DNA of 64,000 nt from an uncultured Alphaproteobacteria bacterium. GTDB taxonomy: Bacteria > Pseudomonadota > Alphaproteobacteria > Rhizobiales > Xanthobacteraceae. Below are positions 9,084 to 18,289 of this stretch, in pieces (positions within the stretch are counted from its first letter, which is position 1; every line of letters starts with the position of its first letter). The notes beneath the pieces were generated by a model that saw only the letters and a list, made by a program, of their open reading frames with translations, was not told the DNA's origin and did no database searches. The stretch spans positions 249,834-313,833 of the forward strand of contig CAVTVG010000007.1 in NCBI GenBank assembly GCA_963738155.1, written 5' to 3'. The position numbers were made by a program, and so were the translations under genes.

Positions 9084-9761
9084 CTACTCCGCGAAACCGA
9101 CATAACGCACGAACTCTTCGTGCTGCTTGCGGTCCGAGCGCACGCCGTTGGCGGGGAATGAGTCGTCGGGATATCCCATGGCGACGCAAGTCATGATCAC
9201 CTGGTCTTCGGGAATCTTCGCCACCTCGCGCACGATGTCCGAACGCATGATGCCTTGCCCGTTGATCACGCTGCCGAGCCCGCGATCCCATGCGGCGAGC
9301 ACGATGCCGTAGCAGAGCGCACCGAGATCGAAATGACAGACCGCGCCGGGATCGAGGGCGCGATCATAGGTCAGGACCAGCGACACCGGCGCGTCGAACT
9401 GCCGGAAGCCGCGCAGCACCCAGTCCTGCCGCATCGGCTTGTCGTCGCGCGCGATCCCCATCGCACCGAACAGTTTCTTGGCGATGTCGACCTGACGCTG
9501 GCGATGCACGCCCTGATATTCGCCATGGCTGACGATGTCGCGCTTCGGCCTCGCGCCCGCCACCATCTCTTCCATGTTACGGCGGCGAACCTCCTCGAGG
9601 GCCTCGCCGGCCAGGGCATGGATATGCCATGGCTGCGTATTCATCGACGACGGCGCGCGCTTGGCGACCTCGATGATTTCGGCGATGACCGCGCGGGCGA
9701 CCGGCTCTTTCTTAAATCCGCGCACGCTGCGGCGCGATTGGACCAGCTCCTCGAAATCCAT
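9084..9761 (-). CDS. Nitroreductase family protein
   Basis: SRRSVRGF, APSSMNTQPW, GLGSVING, CVAMGYP. Confidence 0.92.
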   Translation of the reverse strand: MDFEELVQSRRSVRGFKKEPVARAVIAEIIEVAKRAPSSMNTQPWHIHALAGEALEEVRRRNMEEMVAGARPKRDIVSHGEYQGVHRQRQVDIAKKLFGAMGIARDDKPMRQDWVLRGFRQFDAPVSLVLTYDRALDPGAVCHFDLGALCYGIVLAAWDRGLGSVINGQGIMRSDIVREVAKIPEDQVIMTCVAMGYPDDSFPANGVRSDRKQHEEFVRYVGFAE

Positions 9762-9852
9762 TTCCCCCTCTTCCCCGCCTGCAATTGTCGGACCGATGGC
9801 TATTACTTATGCTGAAGCCATTCCAGAAGAAAAGACACCCAAGGAAGCCTCA

Positions 9853-10809
9853 ATGCCCGCCCCTCTCGACCCCGTCGTCGCCCAGATCATCCCGCTGCTG
9901 CCGCTGCGCGATCCCACGACCATGACGCCGCAAAGCGCCCGCGACGCGCTGCGTGCGCTGGCCGCCTCCCGCGCGGGGGTGCCGCCGCCTCCGGTCGCCG
10001 AGGTCAAGGACATCACGGTCAAGGGCGGAGCCGGACCACTTGCGGCGAGGGTTTATCGCCCCGCCCCTGGCAAATCGCCGACAGTCGTATTCTTCCATGG
10101 CGGCGGCTGGGTTGCGGGCGATCTGGAGACCCACGACCGGCAGGCGCGATGGCTCGCGATCGAGACCGGCGCGGTGGTGGTCTCCGTCGATTACCGCCGC
10201 CCGCCCGAGACGCCCTTCCCCGGCGCCTTCGAAGACGCCTTTGCCGCGGTGAAAGACGTGGCAAACCGTATCGCGGAATTTGGCGGAGACGCCGATCGTC
10301 TCGGTGTCGCCGGCGACAGCGCGGGCGGCAACCTCGCCGCGACCACAGCGATTGCCTGCCGCGATGCCGGCATCAAGCTCGCCGCGCAGCTGCTGGTCTA
10401 TCCCGTCACCGATGCGCACGGCAGTTATGCCGATGCGACCGAAAACGCGCGTTACCCGTCACGCGCCGCCAATGCGGACGGCTATTTCCTGTCGCGGGCG
10501 GTGATGGAATGGTTTTGCGGCCATTATCTTGCCGACAAGTCGCATGGCGCCGACTGGCGCGTCTCGCCGCTGCGGGCCAAGGACCATGCCGGGCTCGCGC
10601 CCGCCATCGTCTGCACCGCCTGGTACGATCCGTTGCGCGACGAGGGCATTGCCTACGCCGCCGCGCTCGAAACCGCCGATGTCCCGACCCGGCATTACAG
10701 CGGCGAAGGCCTGATCCACGGCTATTTCGGGCTGGGCGAGGCCTCCGAGGTTGCGCGCGCGGAGGCGCAGCGGGCGCGCGCCGATTTCAAGGCGCTGCTG
10801 CAGCGCTGA
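9853..10809 (+). CDS. HSL-family esterase/lipase (alpha/beta hydrolase_3)
   Basis: HGGGW oxyanion motif, GDSAGG, YDPLRDEG, IHGY. Confidence 0.92.
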   Translation: MPAPLDPVVAQIIPLLPLRDPTTMTPQSARDALRALAASRAGVPPPPVAEVKDITVKGGAGPLAARVYRPAPGKSPTVVFFHGGGWVAGDLETHDRQARWLAIETGAVVVSVDYRRPPETPFPGAFEDAFAAVKDVANRIAEFGGDADRLGVAGDSAGGNLAATTAIACRDAGIKLAAQLLVYPVTDAHGSYADATENARYPSRAANADGYFLSRAVMEWFCGHYLADKSHGADWRVSPLRAKDHAGLAPAIVCTAWYDPLRDEGIAYAAALETADVPTRHYSGEGLIHGYFGLGEASEVARAEAQRARADFKALLQR

Positions 10810-10941
10810 TCCTGACTGGAAGATGAACGCGCCAAGCCGTCTGGCCGAATATATTCCATCGGTCTGGCCTGCGGGAGCTTGATCGCGGCCGGATTCCAAG
10901 TTCCAATCGCAGCACTTTTCTTCGTCCAGGGAGACATCACG

Positions 10942-11190
10942 ATGAAGCGGATTTTATTGGCTGCCGTTATCGCCACTTTCGCGGCCGGCTCGGCCTTCGC
11001 ACAGGACGCGTCCTGCGACGCCAAGGCAGTCGGCAAGGACGGCAAGCCGCTCGCGGGCGCGGCCAAAACCTCGTTCATGAAGAAGTGCACCCACGATGCC
11101 TGCGAGGCCAAGGCTGTCAGCGCTGACGGCAAGAAGCTTTCTGGCGCCGCAAAGACCGCCTCCATGAAGAAGTGCGAAGCCGGCGGCTAG
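10942..11190 (+). CDS. Small secreted PsiF-like repeat protein
   Basis: Signal peptide; two C-x-AKAV..DGK.L.GAAKT..MKKC repeats; RBS GGGAG. Confidence 0.8.
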   Translation: MKRILLAAVIATFAAGSAFAQDASCDAKAVGKDGKPLAGAAKTSFMKKCTHDACEAKAVSADGKKLSGAAKTASMKKCEAGG

Positions 11191-11208
11191 TCCTTACAGA
11201 CTTCAAGC

Positions 11209-11240
11209 AAAAGGGCGGCCACGAGGCCGCCCTTTTTTCG
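11209..11240. terminator. Bidirectional intrinsic terminator
   Basis: AAAAGGGCGGCC-ACGA-GGCCGCCCTTTTTT between convergent genes. Confidence 0.85.
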
Positions 11241-11254
11241 TTTGCCTGGGATTA

Positions 11255-11716
11255 TCAGGCCCGGCCGGTGTGGCCCCAGGTCTCGTCCCAGTCCTGACCA
11301 TTGGCATCGATCACGCGGCCATCGGCCTCGAAGAACTTGTTCGGGACCTGGAAGATCGCAAGCATCAGGCCGCCTTCCGGACACCAAGCCACATGGCGGC
11401 TGTGCGCCTCGCGCCAGATGAACTCACCGGCCTTGCATACGATCCCCTTGGCCGGGCCTTCCTTGTCGACGAGAGAGCCCTCCAGCACATAGGTCTGCTC
11501 GATATTGACGTGCTCGTGGTCGGGCAGCACCGCGCCGGGCGCGAAGCGCATCAGCGCCGTCATCAATCCGGTCGTTCGATCGAACAGCAGCGTCTTGGCC
11601 TCGCAGCCGGGAAAGCGCGTCTTCTGCCACTCCATGTGCTGCGGCTGAACCAGATGAGAATGAGTGTCGGCGGTATCGTGGCCCTTGTCATGACCCTTGG
11701 GCGTCACGGCATCCAT
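11255..11716 (-). CDS. Cupin domain protein (ChrR-like / Cupin_7)
   Basis: RFAPGAVLPDHEHVNIEQTYVLEG...SRH cupin metal motif. Confidence 0.85.
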   Translation of the reverse strand: MDAVTPKGHDKGHDTADTHSHLVQPQHMEWQKTRFPGCEAKTLLFDRTTGLMTALMRFAPGAVLPDHEHVNIEQTYVLEGSLVDKEGPAKGIVCKAGEFIWREAHSRHVAWCPEGGLMLAIFQVPNKFFEADGRVIDANGQDWDETWGHTGRA

Positions 11717-11768
11717 GGCGGCTCTCCCGTTATGTTTGACGCGACGATAGCAGGTTTGCCGGTACGCG

Positions 11769-12581
11769 TCAGGTGCCCACCCGCAACGGCGCATTGAGCT
11801 TGCGCAGGCAGGCAATCACGCTCAGGGCGGTGATCAGCCCGGTTTTGGGGTTTTCCGACGGGATATTCTCGATGGTCATCGAGAACCGCGCGGAATCCGA
11901 ATCGACCTCGATCCGGTGGGTGTTGCGCGTCACGGTCGGGTCGGCCCAGATTTCGACTCTGGTGCGGTCGGCGCCGATCCCCGCCAGCGACAGCGCGACA
12001 GCGACATTGAGATTGGCGGGAAAGCCTTTGGCCGCTTCCCGCGCGGTGCCGTCGAAGATCTTTAGCGGCGCCTTGATGTCGGCAATGTCGATCTTGTGCT
12101 CGATCAGGTACGGCGCGCCTTCCAACCCCTTCAACGGCTTGCGGGTGACCATCTGCACCGAGTGGATGGTGCCGACCGCTGCCGCTGTCATGGCATCGAG
12201 CCCGATCAGCGCACCCGTCGGCACCACGATCTGGCCGCCCTTCGCTTTCGCCAGCGCGATCAGGTCCTCGTTCTCCAGCAGCGCGCCTACGCTGAGCACG
12301 ACCGCGATCTTGCCGCGCGACACCACGGGGGCGACGATGGCGCGGACCAGTTTGCTCGGCGCGCATTCGACGACGATATCGGCGGCATCGGCGAGCGCTT
12401 CGATTGGCAGCGCCGCAGGTTGTTTCTTGAGCCTGTCGAGCCAGTGGCGATGCTTCTCGATGTTCGCGGCGGAGACCGCCGCAAGCTCCATGCCATCAAT
12501 CCCATCATCGAGAGCTTTGGCGAGCCTCGTTCCGATCGGACCGAGACCGGCGATCGCCACGCGTGAGACGGTCGCGTTCAC
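11769..12581 (-). CDS. nadX: L-aspartate dehydrogenase homologue
   Basis: GLGPIG, VVECAP, SVGAL, GALIGLD, AREAAKGFPANLNVA, NTHRIEV, NPKTG. Confidence 0.85.
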   Translation of the reverse strand: MNATVSRVAIAGLGPIGTRLAKALDDGIDGMELAAVSAANIEKHRHWLDRLKKQPAALPIEALADAADIVVECAPSKLVRAIVAPVVSRGKIAVVLSVGALLENEDLIALAKAKGGQIVVPTGALIGLDAMTAAAVGTIHSVQMVTRKPLKGLEGAPYLIEHKIDIADIKAPLKIFDGTAREAAKGFPANLNVAVALSLAGIGADRTRVEIWADPTVTRNTHRIEVDSDSARFSMTIENIPSENPKTGLITALSVIACLRKLNAPLRVGT

Positions 12582-12584
12582 ACG

Positions 12585-13460
12585 CTAATCCCGCTTGAAG
12601 CGATAGTCGAAACGGTTGCCGTCCGCCTTCAGCAAGCCCACCGTCGGACGCGGAAAATGGATCGGGAGGATCAGCGTGTCGGTATCGGCGACGGAGGCAA
12701 AGAATTTCCGCCGCGACACTGCCGATAGTTTTGGATCCCAGTCCGGCCGCGCCGACCAGTCCGGCTCGCGGCACTGGATGGCGTGATGCATGAGGTCGCC
12801 GGCAACCACCGCGCGCTTACCCCTGGAGAAGATATTGACGCAGCAATGGCAGGGCGAATGCCCCGGCGTCGGCGTCAGCGTGACGGTGTCGTCGAGCGCA
12901 TAGTCGTCATCGACCAGGAGCGCCTGGCCGGCTTCCATGATCGGCAGGCAGTTGTCGCGAAACACCGTGCCGGGCGGATTGCTACCCTTCTTGTTCTCCT
13001 GCTCCCACGCGGCGTATTCGCGCTTGTGGAAGACGTATTTCGCATTCGGGAAGGTCGGTACCCAGCGGCCGTCACGCAACGTCGTGTTCCAGCCGGTGTG
13101 ATCGATGTGGAGGTGCGTGCAGAAGACGTAATCGATCTTGTCGAAGGAGATGCCGAGCGCGAACAGCTCGTTGCGCCAGCGCTCCTTGCCGGGAAAATCG
13201 AATGGCGGCGGATGGCCCTTGTCCTCGCCGGTGCAGGTATCGACCAGGATGGTGTATTTCGGCGTGCGCACCACGAAGGTCTGGTAGGTGATGTTCATCA
13301 GCCCGAGCGCGGCGTCGTAGAACTCCGGCGCCATGCTCGGCAGATGATGCTCGAAGACGGCATCGTCGTAGGCGGGAAAGAAATCCTGCGGCCGCCGCCA
13401 CGGCCCCTCGCGCTCGATCACCGCATCGATGGTGATGTCCCCGATCCGAAGCTGCTTCAT
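12585..13460 (-). CDS. MBL-fold metallo-hydrolase (lactonase-like)
   Basis: THLHIDHTG (HxHxDH), TPGHSPCH, AGDLMH, PIHF. Confidence 0.9.
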   Translation of the reverse strand: MKQLRIGDITIDAVIEREGPWRRPQDFFPAYDDAVFEHHLPSMAPEFYDAALGLMNITYQTFVVRTPKYTILVDTCTGEDKGHPPPFDFPGKERWRNELFALGISFDKIDYVFCTHLHIDHTGWNTTLRDGRWVPTFPNAKYVFHKREYAAWEQENKKGSNPPGTVFRDNCLPIMEAGQALLVDDDYALDDTVTLTPTPGHSPCHCCVNIFSRGKRAVVAGDLMHHAIQCREPDWSARPDWDPKLSAVSRRKFFASVADTDTLILPIHFPRPTVGLLKADGNRFDYRFKRD

Positions 13461-13547
13461 CGTTCTCTCCCCATTTTTCGGGAGAGCGTAGCGGGCAGCC
13501 CGCAATCGTTCAAGCGGTGGGCTGATATGCAGGGCGTGCCGACCGTC

Positions 13548-15170
13548 TCAGCTTCTGAGCCCCGGCGCCTCGTGGCCGGTGCGCGCGACATATTCGGTGT
13601 AGCCGCCGCCATATTGATGCACGCCCTCCGGCGTCAGCTCCAGCACGCGATTTGAAAGCGCCGCCAGGAAGTGCCGGTCGTGCGACACGAACAGCATGGT
13701 GCCTTCGAATTCCGACAGCGCACCGATCAGCATTTCCTTGGTCGCGAGATCGAGATGGTTGGTCGGCTCGTCCAGAACAAGGAAATTCGGCGGATCGAAC
13801 AGCATCTTCGCCATCACCAGCCGCGCTTTCTCGCCGCCCGACAGCACCCGACATCGTTTCTCGATGTCGTCGCCGGAAAAGCCGAAGCAACCGGCAAGCG
13901 TGCGTAACGACCCCTGCCCGGCCTGCGGAAACGAATCCTCCAGCAACTCGAAGACGGTCTGTTCGCCGTCGAGCAGATCCATGGCGTGCTGGGCGAAATA
14001 GCCCATCTTGACGCTGGCGCCGACCGCCACGCTGCCGTCGTCCGGTTCGGTCGCGCCGGCGACCAGCCTGAGCAAGGTCGACTTGCCGGCGCCGTTGACG
14101 CCCATCACGCACCAGCGCTCCCGGCGGCGAATGGTGAAATCGAACCCGTCATAGATGCTGCGCTTGCCATAGCTCTTGTGAACGTTCTTCAGGCTGGCGA
14201 CGTCCTCGCCCGAGCGCGGCGCCGGCAGAAAGTCGAATGCCACCGTCTGGCGCCGGCGCGGTGGCTCGACCCGCTCGATCTTCTCCAGCTTCTTCACCCG
14301 ACTCTGTACCTGCGCAGCGTGCGAGGCACGCGCCTTGAAGCGCTCGATGAACTTGATCTCCTTGGCGAGCATCGCCTGCTGGCGCTCGAATTGGGCTTGC
14401 TGCTGCCTTTCATTCAGCGCGCGCTGCTGTTCATAGAACTCGTAATCGCCGGAATAGGTCGTCAGTGTGCCGCCGTCGATCTCGACGATCTTGTTGACGA
14501 TGCGGTTGATGAATTCGCGGTCGTGCGAGGTCATCATCAGCGCGCCTTCATAGCCCTTCAGGAACTGTTCCAGCCAGATCAGGCTTTCGAGATCGAGATG
14601 GTTGCTCGGCTCGTCCAGCAGCATCACGTCGGGGCGCATCAGGAGGATGCGCGCCAGCGCCACCCGCATCTTCCAGCCGCCTGACAGCGCGCCGACGTCG
14701 CCGTCCATCATCTCCTGGCTGAAGCTCAGGCCGGCGAGCACTTCGCGTGCGCGGGTCTCCAGCGCATAGCCATCGAGCTCTTCGAAGCGCGCCTGCACCT
14801 CGCCATAGCGCGCGATGATCTCGTCCATCTCGTCGGCGCGATCGGGATCGGCCATCGCGACTTCCAGATCTTTCAGCTCGGCCGCAACACCGCTGACCGC
14901 GCCTGCACCGTCCATCACTTCGGCAACGGCACTGCGGCCCGACATCTCGCCGACATCCTGGCTGAAATAGCCGATGGTGACGCCACGATCGACCGAGACC
15001 TGCCCCTCATCGGGTTGCTCCTGTCCCGTCATCATCCGAAACAGCGTGGTCTTGCCGGCGCCATTGGGGCCGACCAGGCCGGCTTTCTCACCCTTCTGGA
15101 GCGCCGCCGAGGCTTCGATGAAGAGGATCTGGTGACCTTGCTGCTTGCTGATGTTGTCGAGGCGGATCAT
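13548..15170 (-). CDS. ABC-F family ATPase
   Basis: Two ABC domains (GPNGAGKT / GVNGAGKS, LSGG, LDEPSNHLD / LDEPTNHLD), no TM segments. Confidence 0.93.
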   Translation of the reverse strand: MIRLDNISKQQGHQILFIEASAALQKGEKAGLVGPNGAGKTTLFRMMTGQEQPDEGQVSVDRGVTIGYFSQDVGEMSGRSAVAEVMDGAGAVSGVAAELKDLEVAMADPDRADEMDEIIARYGEVQARFEELDGYALETRAREVLAGLSFSQEMMDGDVGALSGGWKMRVALARILLMRPDVMLLDEPSNHLDLESLIWLEQFLKGYEGALMMTSHDREFINRIVNKIVEIDGGTLTTYSGDYEFYEQQRALNERQQQAQFERQQAMLAKEIKFIERFKARASHAAQVQSRVKKLEKIERVEPPRRRQTVAFDFLPAPRSGEDVASLKNVHKSYGKRSIYDGFDFTIRRRERWCVMGVNGAGKSTLLRLVAGATEPDDGSVAVGASVKMGYFAQHAMDLLDGEQTVFELLEDSFPQAGQGSLRTLAGCFGFSGDDIEKRCRVLSGGEKARLVMAKMLFDPPNFLVLDEPTNHLDLATKEMLIGALSEFEGTMLFVSHDRHFLAALSNRVLELTPEGVHQYGGGYTEYVARTGHEAPGLRS

Positions 15171-15259
15171 GGCACGCGAAAAGAGAGGAATCGTCGCGGC
15201 CGCTCTTAGGCCATCTCGGTTGTCAACGGAAGCAGGTTCCGCACACGGTTCGCGCCATC

Positions 15260-15577
15260 TCAATTGGCCGCGCCGTCGGGCGACCCGTAATGGCGCACAA
15301 TCGCAATGCATTCGTCGATATCGGCCCGGATCTTCAATGCGGTCGGCAGATCGAAATTGATGTAGCTGGTCGGCGAGCCCTCAGGTCCGATGGAGCCGTC
15401 GGCTTTCATCTTGACGCAGACGTAGTAGGATTTTTCATCCACGCCGCGCTTGACCTGCCACTGGAATTGCGAGCTCGCGGCCTGTCCGCGGACGATCTCC
15501 GATTCGAATACGACATCGCCGAACGGCGCCTTGAAACTCTTCGATGGCGCAAGAAGCCTCCGCAACGGACCCCACAT
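15260..15577 (-). CDS. Hypothetical protein
   Basis: Globular-looking 105-aa ORF filling the gap; start uncertain. Confidence 0.45.
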   Translation of the reverse strand: MWGPLRRLLAPSKSFKAPFGDVVFESEIVRGQAASSQFQWQVKRGVDEKSYYVCVKMKADGSIGPEGSPTSYINFDLPTALKIRADIDECIAIVRHYGSPDGAAN

Positions 15578-15653
15578 TCACCTCTCCCAGCCTTCCGGGG
15601 ACCAATATGCACCGCTTGCCGCGGAGCGAACATGCAACCTATGGGCAATGCCG

Positions 15654-15803
15654 TCAGTGCCGCTTGAAATATTGCACGGCGCGCTCGTGCTTCTCCGCGG
15701 CCGCGCGCGATTTGAAGGTTCCGAGATTGCGGCGCCTGCCGGTCTTCGGATCGACCTTGCGGGAATAGAGCCGGTACTCCCCGGACTGCAATTTGCGGAT
15801 CAT
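15654..15803 (-). CDS. Small basic protein (49 aa), absent from the ORF track
   Basis: MIRKLQSGEYRLYSRKVDPKTGRRRNLGTFKSRAAAEKHERAVQYFKRH; RBS-like GGAGAG upstream; resembles a conserved small hypothetical family. Confidence 0.75.
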   Translation of the reverse strand: MIRKLQSGEYRLYSRKVDPKTGRRRNLGTFKSRAAAEKHERAVQYFKRH

Positions 15804-15888
15804 CGAAACGCTCTCCTGGGCATTTCATAAACACCGATCACGGCGGTGTGTTCCTCACCTGCCGGCACTCGCCTGCGACAGGGAGTGC

Positions 15889-16713
15889 TTAAAAGCAGAG
15901 ATCGGTCACCAGCTTGCCGCGCTTGTCCTTGATCGCGATCGGGCAGTCGAGCTTCTTCAGCGCAGACTTGGCCTGCTCATCGCCGAGATCGGCGGCACGC
16001 TTGTAATAGGCCTTCGCCGCATCGCGGTCCTTCGGACCGCCGCGCCCCTCTTGCGCGAAGGCACCCATCTGCAGCAGCGCGCCCGGATGGTTCTGCGCCG
16101 CCGCCTTCTCGAACAGCGCACGTGCGCCGGCGTCGTCCTTCGGGCCCCCGGTGCCGTCAGCCAGCATCAGGCCGAGCTGGTATTGCGCTTCGGCATTGGT
16201 CTCGGCCGCCTTTGCCAGCAGCTCGCGCGCACGCGCGGGGTCCTGCGCGGATGCCGCGCCCCCAAGCGCTGCGAGATTGGTGACGCCTCGCGGATTGCCG
16301 GCATTCGCCGCGCGCTCGAACAATTGCCGCGCCTGCTCCTCGTCCTTGGCGATGCCGGCGCCGGTGCCGTAGAGCACGCCAAGCTCGACCATCGCCGCAC
16401 TCGACCCCTTGTCCGCGGCCTTGCGCCAGGCGGCAACCGCCTCGGCCGTCTGCCGATTGGCCGCATAGGCGCGGCCGAGCTGATACATCGCCCGGCGCGA
16501 ACTGCCAGCCATCTTCTTGCAGAACTTGATGGCAGTCGCGATGTCGGCGGGCGCGACATCGACGACACCCTTGATGTCGGCGGGCTTGTCCGGATCGGTC
16601 GGATCGGCCGCGATGCGGTCACACAGCACGAGATCGGCGGATTGCGCATGCGCCAACGTGGGCGTAAAAATGGCCAAGACCGCCGCACAGGCGAATGCGT
16701 GAAATGACTTCAT
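15889..16713 (-). CDS. Secreted Sel1-like repeat protein
   Basis: Signal peptide; repeated A.Y.LG..Y..G.G...D...A..LFEKAA..G units. Confidence 0.9.
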   Translation of the reverse strand: MKSFHAFACAAVLAIFTPTLAHAQSADLVLCDRIAADPTDPDKPADIKGVVDVAPADIATAIKFCKKMAGSSRRAMYQLGRAYAANRQTAEAVAAWRKAADKGSSAAMVELGVLYGTGAGIAKDEEQARQLFERAANAGNPRGVTNLAALGGAASAQDPARARELLAKAAETNAEAQYQLGLMLADGTGGPKDDAGARALFEKAAAQNHPGALLQMGAFAQEGRGGPKDRDAAKAYYKRAADLGDEQAKSALKKLDCPIAIKDKRGKLVTDLCF

Positions 16714-16745
16714 CGATGCGAGGTTGCGTCGCCGCGCCGGCAAAT

Positions 16746-17429
16746 TCAAGGCCGCTCCAATCCGGTTTCTAGCAGCACCGGGGCAACCTCGGGCGAAGCA
16801 AGATAGCGGAGCAATGCATCGGCCCGCGCAGCCTGCTGCGAAGCCGCCATCCGTCCGGCCGAGAACACCGCCGGCGTCTGCAGGGAAAGCGGGATCGGTC
16901 CGACGATTTCGATGCCATCGACCTGCTTGAGCTCGCTGATCTGCTGCACGGCGAGGTCAGCCTCGCCGGTGATGAGCCGTTCGGCTGTGAATCCAGAGGT
17001 CACGGTGGCGCGGGCATTGATTTCATCCGCAATACCGAGCCGCGCGATCAACTCGGCGAAATAGATGCCGCTGGCACCGATCTTCGAGTAGGCAATCGAA
17101 CGCGCCGCAAGAAGACTCACGCGGAACGCGGCCTCGGTCGCCATATCCGGATGCGGCGCGCCGGCTTTCACGGCGATCCCAACCCAGGACCGCGCGAGAT
17201 CGACGACGCTTGCCGCAACTATCGTGCCTTCGGCGGCGAGCTTATCCAGCCCTTCGCGGGTCAGGATCACGATGTCGGCTTTCTCGCCGCCGCGTAGCCG
17301 CGGCAATAGCCCGACCGTCGGCGCGAACTCGGCATCGATCCGCACGCCGCTTACCGCCTCGTGTTGTCCGGCAAGGCGCACCACCGCGCCCTTCAGGGCC
17401 AGCGTCGAGAGCAGGCGAACCGTGTGCAT
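16746..17429 (-). CDS. ModA-like (SBP_bac_11) substrate-binding-fold protein without signal peptide
   Basis: LSTLALKG, GASGIYF, GEADLAVQQISEL, VGPIP motifs. Confidence 0.8.
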   Translation of the reverse strand: MHTVRLLSTLALKGAVVRLAGQHEAVSGVRIDAEFAPTVGLLPRLRGGEKADIVILTREGLDKLAAEGTIVAASVVDLARSWVGIAVKAGAPHPDMATEAAFRVSLLAARSIAYSKIGASGIYFAELIARLGIADEINARATVTSGFTAERLITGEADLAVQQISELKQVDGIEIVGPIPLSLQTPAVFSAGRMAASQQAARADALLRYLASPEVAPVLLETGLERP

Positions 17430-17435
17430 CTCTTG

Positions 17436-18140
17436 CTACGCCCGCCGCATCAATTTCAGCACTGCAGCCAATCGCAGGCTGCGCTTGCCCGCCAGCGCCG
17501 TGGCCTCGATCGAGGCGCCCTCTTCGTTGCAGGTGCCGGAGAAACCGATGCCGACCTCATGGCCGCCGAACACCGGGTTTTCGCCCTTGGAGGGGGTATG
17601 CTCCTGGTTGAGGATCTGGCCCTTCCAGCGTCCGTTCGCGCTGGTGTAGGTGCCGAGATAGTAGAAGAAGGCGTCGCCGCCCAGGATGCGGCCGTCATTG
17701 AGCAGCATCACGCCGTTCAGCCCACCGTCGACGCCATCGAGCGCGCGCAGGTGGATCGAATAGAGGCCGTTGACGACGCCATCCTCGCCAACGCCGCCGG
17801 CGATCGGCAGCGGCTGTTCCTCGACCGGCGTCATCACCGACCTGAAGACCGCGCCCGGCAATTCCTTCAACGCGCCTTCGAAGCGAAAGACGTTTCCGTC
17901 GGGCCTGCCGCGCGCGATCAGGGTCGCGTCATCGGTGCCGGCGAGCGCCCGGTAATTCGGATCGGGATTGTGACGGACCGTCTTGATCTCGGTCGCGACC
18001 TCGCCGCCCGTCTCTTCATAGGTGCCGATATGGGCAAAGGCCGAATTGCCGCCGAGCATCTTGCCGTCGCGCGCGTACATCACGCTGCGGCCGCCCGCCT
18101 CGTTGACCTGAAACCTGACGGTGTAGAAACCCCCGAACAC
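17436..18140 (-). CDS. Tandem GrlR-like domain protein, paralogue 1
   Basis: Two repeats of G.Y...F/L...G......DG...GG(N/D)..F...G.Y; similar to 24008-24730. Confidence 0.7.
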   Translation of the reverse strand: MFGGFYTVRFQVNEAGGRSVMYARDGKMLGGNSAFAHIGTYEETGGEVATEIKTVRHNPDPNYRALAGTDDATLIARGRPDGNVFRFEGALKELPGAVFRSVMTPVEEQPLPIAGGVGEDGVVNGLYSIHLRALDGVDGGLNGVMLLNDGRILGGDAFFYYLGTYTSANGRWKGQILNQEHTPSKGENPVFGGHEVGIGFSGTCNEEGASIEATALAGKRSLRLAAVLKLMRRA

Positions 18141-18221
18141 GGCGCGTCCCCGGCCTGCGCTTCCTTATTAGCGCGCTTGGTCATACAGGGAAAAGCGCTC
18201 GAATTGCATGTCATAAAACAA

Positions 18222-18255
18222 TGATCCGCCGAAGCGGCAACGCTCCGGCGGATCA
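18222..18255 (-). terminator. Likely glnII terminator
   Basis: TGATCCGCCG...CGGCGGATCA 10-bp stem followed by TTGTTTT on the minus strand. Confidence 0.65.
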
Positions 18256-18289
18256 CTGGAGTTCCGGGAGTCCCATCCCGGTCTTGGAG

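Noticed and set aside
16746-17429. Calling this gene or 48615-49397 modA
   Set aside because: Fold-level similarity only; no modBC or ModE context.
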